The translations under genes and the position numbers were made by a program. Shown one piece after another: positions 58,308 to 64,000 of a stretch of DNA of 64,000 nucleotides. Source of the DNA: an uncultured Oscillospiraceae bacterium. GTDB taxonomy: Bacteria; Bacillota; Clostridia; Oscillospirales; Oscillospiraceae. The notes under the pieces are model-generated. The model ran no database searches and had not been told where the DNA came from. It saw nothing but the letters and a program-made list of their open reading frames with translations. The stretch is taken from the NCBI GenBank assembly GCA_944385695.1, contig CALWYG010000051.1:17996-81995 (forward strand), read 5' to 3'. The stretch's first letter is position 1; the number at the start of each line of letters is the position of its first letter.

Positions 58308-60693
58308 AGCGCTGCTGCGGGGGAAAAACCCTGTGATTTTGGACGGAGGCATGGGGACCATGCTCCAGGCCAAGGGGCTGAAGCTGGGGGAATACCCGGA
58401 GCTGGCCGCTTTGGAGCACCCGGATTGGGTGAAGGAGATCCACCGCGCCTATGTGGAGGCGGGAGCCCAGATTCTATGTGCCAATACCTTTGGCGCTAAC
58501 CGGGAAAAGCTGCGCCGCACCGGCAAGACGGTGGAGGAGGTCATTCCTGCCTCCATCGCGTTGGCCAAGGAGGCCGCCGCCGGCCGGGCTCTGGTGGCTC
58601 TGGATATGGGGCCCACAGGGCAGCTGCTGGAGCCCACAGGTTCCCTGGACTTTGAGACGGCGGTGGATATCTTCGCCCAGGAGGTGCGCGCCGCAGTCAA
58701 GGCTGGGGCGGACCTGGTGATGATCGAGACCATGACCGACCTTCAGGAGTGCCGGGCCGCTCTGCTGGCAGTAAAGGAAAACAGTGATCTGCCTGTGATG
58801 GTGTCCCTCACCTACGAGGAGCGGGGACGGACCTTCCTGGGCCATGCCCCTGCCGCCGCCGCCCTGACCTTGGAAGGCATGGGGGCGGACGTGATCGGGG
58901 TGAACTGCTCTCTGGGTCCCCGGGAGATGCCGCCGCTGGTGGAGGAACTGCGCCGCTGGACCACCCTGCCCATTTCCATCAAGCCAAACGCCGGCCTTCC
59001 TGATCCAGGGGGGGCGGGCTATGACATCACCCCGGAGGAGTTTGCCGCCGCCATGGGGGAGCTCACCAAGTTGGGGGTAAAGTGCTACGGGGGCTGCTGT
59101 GGTACCACCCCGGAGTATATCGCCCTTCTGAAGCAGGCACTGGAGGGGCGGACCATCCGGGAGAGTGAAAGAGGCCCCATTCCGGCGGCCGTGTGCAGCC
59201 CAAACACCGTGGTGCCCATGGACCGGGTACGGGTCATCGGTGAGCGCATTAACCCCACGGGAAAGAAGCTGATGAAGGAAGCTCTGCGCCGGGGGGATGT
59301 GGACTTCATGCTGGGCCAGGCGCTGGAGCAGATGGAGGCGGGAGCAGACATCCTGGATGTGAATGTGGGCCTGCCCGAGATTGACGAGGGAGAAATGATG
59401 GTCCGGGTGGTCAAAGCCCTCCAGGGGGTCACTGATGCACCACTCCAGCTGGATTCCACCCGGCCCGAGGTGCTGGAGAAGGCCCTGCGGGTCTATTGCG
59501 GCAAGGCCATTGTCAACTCGGTGAACGGAGACCGGGAGACCATGGAGGCCATTTTGCCCCTGGTGAAGAAGTATGGCGCCGCTGTGGTGGGCCTGACCCT
59601 GGACAAGCAGGGCATCCCCAAAACTACCCAGGAGCGCATGGATATTGCCCAGCGGATTTTGGACACCGCCCTGTCCTATGGCATCCGGCGGGAGGATGTG
59701 TACATCGACTGCCTGACCCTTACCGTCTCCGCCGAGCAGGAGGGAGCGGCTCAGACGTTGGAAGCTCTGCGCCGGGTCCACAGTGAGCTTGGACTAAAGA
59801 CGGTGCTGGGGGTGTCCAACATCTCCTTCGGTCTGCCTGCCCGGCCTCTCATCAACCAGAATTTCCTTACCATGGCCATGACCTGCGGCCTGGACCTGCC
59901 CATCATCAATCCCAACATGGGAGAGATGATGGCCGCGGTGCGCAGCTACCACCTTCTGATGAATATTGACAAGGAGGCCAGAGACTTTATTGCCGCCTAT
60001 GGCGGGGCCACCATTTCCACCTCCATTACCTCGGGAGGAGGTCAGCAGGTTACCGCACCCGGGGCAGGGGAGCGGAGTCTGAGTCAGATTGTGGAGTCCG
60101 GCCTGCGGGGAGAGGCGGGAGAGTGTACCCGGAAGCTTTTGGACACTGCCGACCCCATGACCATTGTGGACGATATTTTGATTCCAGCCCTGGACAAGGT
60201 GGGTGCTGACTTTGAGGCGGGACGGGTGTTCCTGCCCCAGCTCATCCAGTCTGCCGGGGCGGCCCAGGCCGCCTTTGAGGTGATCCGTCAGACCATGCCC
60301 GCCCAACCGGAAGGGGCGGGAGGGGAGAAGGCCCCTATTGTGCTGGCTACCGTCAAGGGAGACATCCACGACATCGGCAAGAATATTGTGAAAGTTTTGC
60401 TGGAAAATTACGGCTACCCGGTGATTGACCTGGGCAAGGACGTGGACCCAGAGGAAGTGGTTCGGGCGGCGGAGAAGCACCATGCGCCTCTGGTGGGGCT
60501 GTCCGCCCTGATGACCACTACCCTGCACAGCATGGAGCAGACCATCGCCCTGCTGCGCAAGGCGAACCTCCCCTGTAAAGTGGTGGTCGGGGGTGCGGTG
60601 CTTACGGCGGAGTATGCCAAACAGATTGGCGCCGACTTCTATGCCAAAGATGCCAAGCAGAGTGTGGACGTAGCCCGCCAGGTCATTGGATAA
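58297..60693 (+). CDS. metH: B12-dependent methionine synthase core (Hcy, pterin and B12 domains; split type)
   Basis: LDGGMGT, GVNCS, GGCCGT, IGERINPTG, GDIHDIGKN, SALMTTT; no fused activation domain. Confidence 0.92.
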   Translation: MDVEALLRGKNPVILDGGMGTMLQAKGLKLGEYPELAALEHPDWVKEIHRAYVEAGAQILCANTFGANREKLRRTGKTVEEVIPASIALAKEAAAGRALVALDMGPTGQLLEPTGSLDFETAVDIFAQEVRAAVKAGADLVMIETMTDLQECRAALLAVKENSDLPVMVSLTYEERGRTFLGHAPAAAALTLEGMGADVIGVNCSLGPREMPPLVEELRRWTTLPISIKPNAGLPDPGGAGYDITPEEFAAAMGELTKLGVKCYGGCCGTTPEYIALLKQALEGRTIRESERGPIPAAVCSPNTVVPMDRVRVIGERINPTGKKLMKEALRRGDVDFMLGQALEQMEAGADILDVNVGLPEIDEGEMMVRVVKALQGVTDAPLQLDSTRPEVLEKALRVYCGKAIVNSVNGDRETMEAILPLVKKYGAAVVGLTLDKQGIPKTTQERMDIAQRILDTALSYGIRREDVYIDCLTLTVSAEQEGAAQTLEALRRVHSELGLKTVLGVSNISFGLPARPLINQNFLTMAMTCGLDLPIINPNMGEMMAAVRSYHLLMNIDKEARDFIAAYGGATISTSITSGGGQQVTAPGAGERSLSQIVESGLRGEAGECTRKLLDTADPMTIVDDILIPALDKVGADFEAGRVFLPQLIQSAGAAQAAFEVIRQTMPAQPEGAGGEKAPIVLATVKGDIHDIGKNIVKVLLENYGYPVIDLGKDVDPEEVVRAAEKHHAPLVGLSALMTTTLHSMEQTIALLRKANLPCKVVVGGAVLTAEYAKQIGADFYAKDAKQSVDVARQVIG

Positions 60694-60708
60694 CTGCGTC
60701 ATAACGTG

Positions 60709-60753
60709 AAAAAATCCCTCTCCAACTTCTCGGAAAGCTGGGGAGGGATTTTT
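60709..60753 (+). terminator. Terminator after metH
   Basis: gaaaaaatccctctcca...tggggagggatttttc. Confidence 0.7.
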
Positions 60754-60824
60754 CCTGCGTTGCTATTTCCGGTTCCCTCTGTTATAATGGGGAAAATTGT
60801 CGAAGCATGGAAGGAGGAATCCAT

Positions 60825-61694
60825 ATGAACGACAATGTGCCCGGCGGAGACCGGAAGCAAACCAAAAACTGGCTGGGAATTACCGCGCTGGTCCTGGCAG
60901 TGGCGGCGATTGTGATGGCGGGCTCGGCTTTGTATTTGGTCCTGAGAGAGGAACTGGCTCCGGAGCCGGAGACCTTCCAATATGGCGGTCAGACGCTGGT
61001 GGCCATGGAGGGAATGCCCCGCAATCCCTATAGCCGGGAGAATTTTTCTATGGATGAAAAGGGCCGGATCACCTATGAAAAAGATGGAATCCAGGCCAAA
61101 ACCGGTGTGGATGTGTCGGTTTACCAACAGGAGATTGACTGGCAGGCGGTAGCGGCAGACGGCATTGACTTTGCCATCATTCGCTTGGGCTACCGGGGCT
61201 ATACCGAGGGCGGACTGATGATGGATGAGCGCTTTGAGACTAATGTTCAGGGGGCTCTGGACGCGGGACTGGAAGTGGGAGTTTATTTCTTCTCCCAGGC
61301 CATTACTCCCCAGGAGGCGGAGGCGGAAGCTGCATTTGTCCTCAATGCCATTGAGGATTACGAGATAACCGGCCCCATCGCCTTTGACTGGGAGCCAATT
61401 ACCTCCGGGCAGAATGCACGCACCGACGGACTCACCGGCGAGGTGCTTACCCAGTGCGCGGGGGCCTTCTGTGCCAAGGTGGCCCAGGCCGGCTATAAGC
61501 CCGCGGTCTACTTCAATCAGGACCTGGGATACCTCCATTATGATCTGAGAGAGCTCACGGACTACACCCTGTGGCTGGCCGAGTATGACCAGAAGCCGGA
61601 CTTTTACTACCACTTTGACCTGTGGCAGTATACCCATACCGGCACAGTGGCAGGGATTGAAGGAAATGTGGATCTGAACCTGATGTTTGGATAA
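60825..61694 (+). CDS. GH25 muramidase (lysozyme) with N-terminal membrane anchor
   Basis: GVDVS.YQ..IDW, IR.GYRGY, GVYFFSQA, DWE, WQYT..G...GI..NVD.N. Confidence 0.9.
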   Translation: MNDNVPGGDRKQTKNWLGITALVLAVAAIVMAGSALYLVLREELAPEPETFQYGGQTLVAMEGMPRNPYSRENFSMDEKGRITYEKDGIQAKTGVDVSVYQQEIDWQAVAADGIDFAIIRLGYRGYTEGGLMMDERFETNVQGALDAGLEVGVYFFSQAITPQEAEAEAAFVLNAIEDYEITGPIAFDWEPITSGQNARTDGLTGEVLTQCAGAFCAKVAQAGYKPAVYFNQDLGYLHYDLRELTDYTLWLAEYDQKPDFYYHFDLWQYTHTGTVAGIEGNVDLNLMFG

Positions 61695-61713
61695 ATTAGA
61701 CGCCATGACACCA

Positions 61714-61747
61714 AAACGCCCGAAGGTAAGCTGCCTTCGGGCGTTTC
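61714..61747. terminator. Hairpin between convergent GH25 gene and guaA
   Basis: aaacgcccgaagg...ccttcgggcgttt. Confidence 0.7.
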
Positions 61748-61840
61748 ACTATGTTTTCCAAAGAAACATTTCATACACGTGCCTGAGAAGAGACGGCCCC
61801 GCAAAACCTTGCAGTGCAAAACGTTGCAGAGCTGTGCTCT

Positions 61841-63382
61841 TTATTCCCACTCGATGGTTGCCGGGGGCTTACTGGTGATATCGTAAACGATGCGGTTGAT
61901 GTGGGGAACCTCATTGACGATGCGCACAGAGATCTTGTCCAGCACCTCATAGGGGATCCGGGCCCAGTCGGCGGTCATAAAGTCGCTGGTAGTCACAGCC
62001 CGGAGGGCCAAGGTGTAGTCGTAGGTGCGTCCATCGCCCATGACGCCTACCGAGCGGGTGTTGGTGAGGACAGCAAAATACTGGTTAAGGTTCTTGTCCT
62101 CACCAGCCTTGGCAATCTCTTCCCGGAAGATGTGGTCGGCCAGTCGCAGGGTGTCCGCTTTCTCCTTGGTGATGTCGCCGATGATGCGGATGGCCAGACC
62201 GGGGCCGGGGAAGGGTTGACGGGAGACCAGGTATTCGGGCAGGCCCAGCTCCCGGCCCAGCTGCCGGACCTCGTCTTTGAAGAGCAGGCGCAGGGGCTCA
62301 ATGATCTCCTTAAAGTCCACATAGTCGGGAAGGCCGCCCACATTGTGGTGGCTCTTGATGACGGCGGCATTGCCCGCGCCGGACTCGATGACGTCGGGGT
62401 AAATGGTGCCCTGGGCCAGGAAGTCCACGGCACCCACCTTTTTGGCCTCCTCTTCAAAGACCCGGATAAACTCCTCGCCGATGATCTTGCGCTTGTGCTC
62501 GGGCTCACTCTCCCCGGCCAGCTTCAGCAGGAATCGGCTCTCGGCATTGACGCGAACAAAGTTGATGTCCCACTTGGAGAAGGCGGCCTCCACCTCGTCT
62601 CCCTCGTTGAGACGCATAAGACCGTGGTCCACAAACACGCAAGTGAGCTGCTTGCCCACTGCCTCGGCCAGCAGGGCGGCTACCACAGAGGAGTCCACGC
62701 CGCCGCTGAGAGCCAGCAGCACTTTGCCGCTGCCCACCTTTTCCCGAACCTGGGCAATGGCGGTGTGCTTATAGTCCTCCATGGTCCAGTCCCCGGCGGC
62801 CTGGCATCCCTCATAGAGCAAGTTGCGGACCATGTCAACGCCGTGCTCGGTCTGGTTGACCTCGGGCTGGAACTGCACGCCGTAGAAGCCGCGCTTCTCG
62901 TCGGCAATGGCCACATTGGGGCAGGCATCGGAGTGGGCGGTGAGGGCAAAGCCCTCGGGCACACGGGCCATGTAGTCCCCGTGGCTCATCCAGGAAATTC
63001 CTTCTGCGGGCAGCCCCTTGAAGAGCTTGCAGCCGGTGTCGTAGTAGGTCTGGGTCTTGCCGTACTCCCGGGCAGAATCATCCTGGGCCTCGGTGACCTG
63101 GCCGCCCAGGGTGTGGGCGATGAGCTGACAGCCATAGCAGATGCCCAGAATGGGCACACCCCAGGTGAAAATCTCGGGGTCCACATGGGGGGAAGATTCC
63201 AGATAAACGGAATTGGGACCGCCGGTAAAGATGATGCCAATAGGATTCATGGCCTTCAGCTGGGCCAGGGGGGTGGTATAGGGCTTGACTTCGCAGTACA
63301 CATTGCACTCCCGGACCCGGCGGGCAATGAGCTGGTTGTACTGACCGCCGAAGTCAAGGACAATGACAGTCTGATGGGACAT
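61841..63382 (-). CDS. guaA: GMP synthase (glutamine-hydrolysing)
   Basis: [38 protein letters not shown]; catalytic HPE reads QPE. Confidence 0.95.
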   Translation of the reverse strand: MSHQTVIVLDFGGQYNQLIARRVRECNVYCEVKPYTTPLAQLKAMNPIGIIFTGGPNSVYLESSPHVDPEIFTWGVPILGICYGCQLIAHTLGGQVTEAQDDSAREYGKTQTYYDTGCKLFKGLPAEGISWMSHGDYMARVPEGFALTAHSDACPNVAIADEKRGFYGVQFQPEVNQTEHGVDMVRNLLYEGCQAAGDWTMEDYKHTAIAQVREKVGSGKVLLALSGGVDSSVVAALLAEAVGKQLTCVFVDHGLMRLNEGDEVEAAFSKWDINFVRVNAESRFLLKLAGESEPEHKRKIIGEEFIRVFEEEAKKVGAVDFLAQGTIYPDVIESGAGNAAVIKSHHNVGGLPDYVDFKEIIEPLRLLFKDEVRQLGRELGLPEYLVSRQPFPGPGLAIRIIGDITKEKADTLRLADHIFREEIAKAGEDKNLNQYFAVLTNTRSVGVMGDGRTYDYTLALRAVTTSDFMTADWARIPYEVLDKISVRIVNEVPHINRIVYDITSKPPATIEWE

Positions 63383-63496
63383 GAAGGTTCCTCCCTTGTG
63401 GGTTTAGATTTAACAAATGTTTAACCTCGATTCCCTTGTTTTCGACCTAGAAATCAGGTATGCTGGTATCAGAAATCAGGAAAGGAGGCGGATCGT

Positions 63497-63559
63497 ATGC
63501 TGCAGGATTTGGAAGATATGCTCTATGAACGGGAAAGCGGCGTGGTAAGCGAGCGCTGA
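63497..63559 (+). CDS. Candidate 20-aa small protein MLQDLEDMLYERESGVVSER
   Basis: AAAGGAGG RBS 8 nt upstream; terminator-like hairpin downstream. Confidence 0.4.
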   Translation: MLQDLEDMLYERESGVVSER

Positions 63560-63666
63560 TTGAACCGATCCATACGGACAAGGAGCCACACCTTCGGGTG
63601 TGGATTTTTGCGTTTCAGGGGAAAATTACGGCTGGGGCGGCCCTTGTGGCCGCCCCAGGCGGAAAA

Positions 63667-64000
63667 TCAGATCTTGGTGATATCGATGGGGGTCAGATCC
63701 TCGCTGCGGCTCTGCTGGCGGACGGTGAGCAGGGCACGGGCGGTATCCACGGCGGTGACGCAGCCCACTCCGTGCTCCACAGCGGAGCGGCGGATGTGGA
63801 AGCCGTCGGAGTCGTGCTTGCGGCCGCGGGTGGGGGTGTTGATGATGAGGTCCACGGTACCGGAGGCGATCATGTCCAGAATGTTGGGGTGGGACTGGGA
63901 CACGCGGTTGACCCGCTTGCACTCGATGCCGGCGTCGTTGAGGAACTGGCAGGTGCCGGAAGTGGCGTAAAGCTCCACGCCCATTTCCTCAAAGCCCCGG
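63667..64000 (-). CDS. carB: Carbamoyl-phosphate synthase large subunit, C-terminal MGS domain (partial)
   Basis: LYATSGT..FL..AGI, LIINTP, DGF.IRR.AVE.GV...T..DTA. Confidence 0.88.
   Translation of the reverse strand, partial: RGFEEMGVELYATSGTCQFLNDAGIECKRVNRVSQSHPNILDMIASGTVDLIINTPTRGRKHDSDGFHIRRSAVEHGVGCVTAVDTARALLTVRQQSRSEDLTPIDITKI

Noticed and set aside
60825-61694. Prophage endolysin
   Set aside because: It has an N-terminal membrane anchor and no holin, integrase or structural genes nearby; more consistent with a host autolysin.
1-64000. CRISPR arrays, IS elements, integrases, rRNA
   Set aside because: No regularly spaced repeats, transposase or recombinase motifs, or rRNA-like sequence seen on manual reading; short or degenerate repeats could have been missed.

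Overview
A 64-kb, GC-rich chromosomal segment, mostly housekeeping. Gene content and order suggest an Oscillospiraceae-like gut clostridium (inference). It contains queH, gltS with a GlnK/GlnL-like two-component system, infC-rpmI-rplT with an L20 leader, rimI-tsaD, polA, a NitT/TauT ABC transporter, a split fumarase, a sialic-acid locus (AGE epimerase, SatABC-like transporter, nanA, nagA, ABC ATPase), MATE, ptb-buk, rpoN, mntP with a Mn riboswitch, four tRNAs, perR-rubrerythrin, metF, xth, asnA, a split metH, a GH25 muramidase, guaA and the 3' end of carB. I saw no CRISPR array, IS element or prophage. The strongest candidate for an undescribed system is a self-contained sigma-54 module (36648-42097): an enhancer-binding activator, two upstream palindromes, a -24/-12 promoter, an atypical BCCT transporter, a HAL-fold lyase lacking exactly the MIO-forming Ala-Ser-Gly, and a small membrane protein. 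It plausibly imports an N-methylated (betaine-type) histidine derivative and releases a methylamine such as TMA. Also notable: a DnaA-box cluster away from any oriC gene, a stand-alone PTS enzyme-I N-terminal protein, a tRNA-Arg 3' duplication scar, unannotated small proteins, and several lesions (but amber stop, AGE deletion, guaA His->Gln, polA changes) that may be assembly errors. All homology calls come from motif recognition, not database searches.
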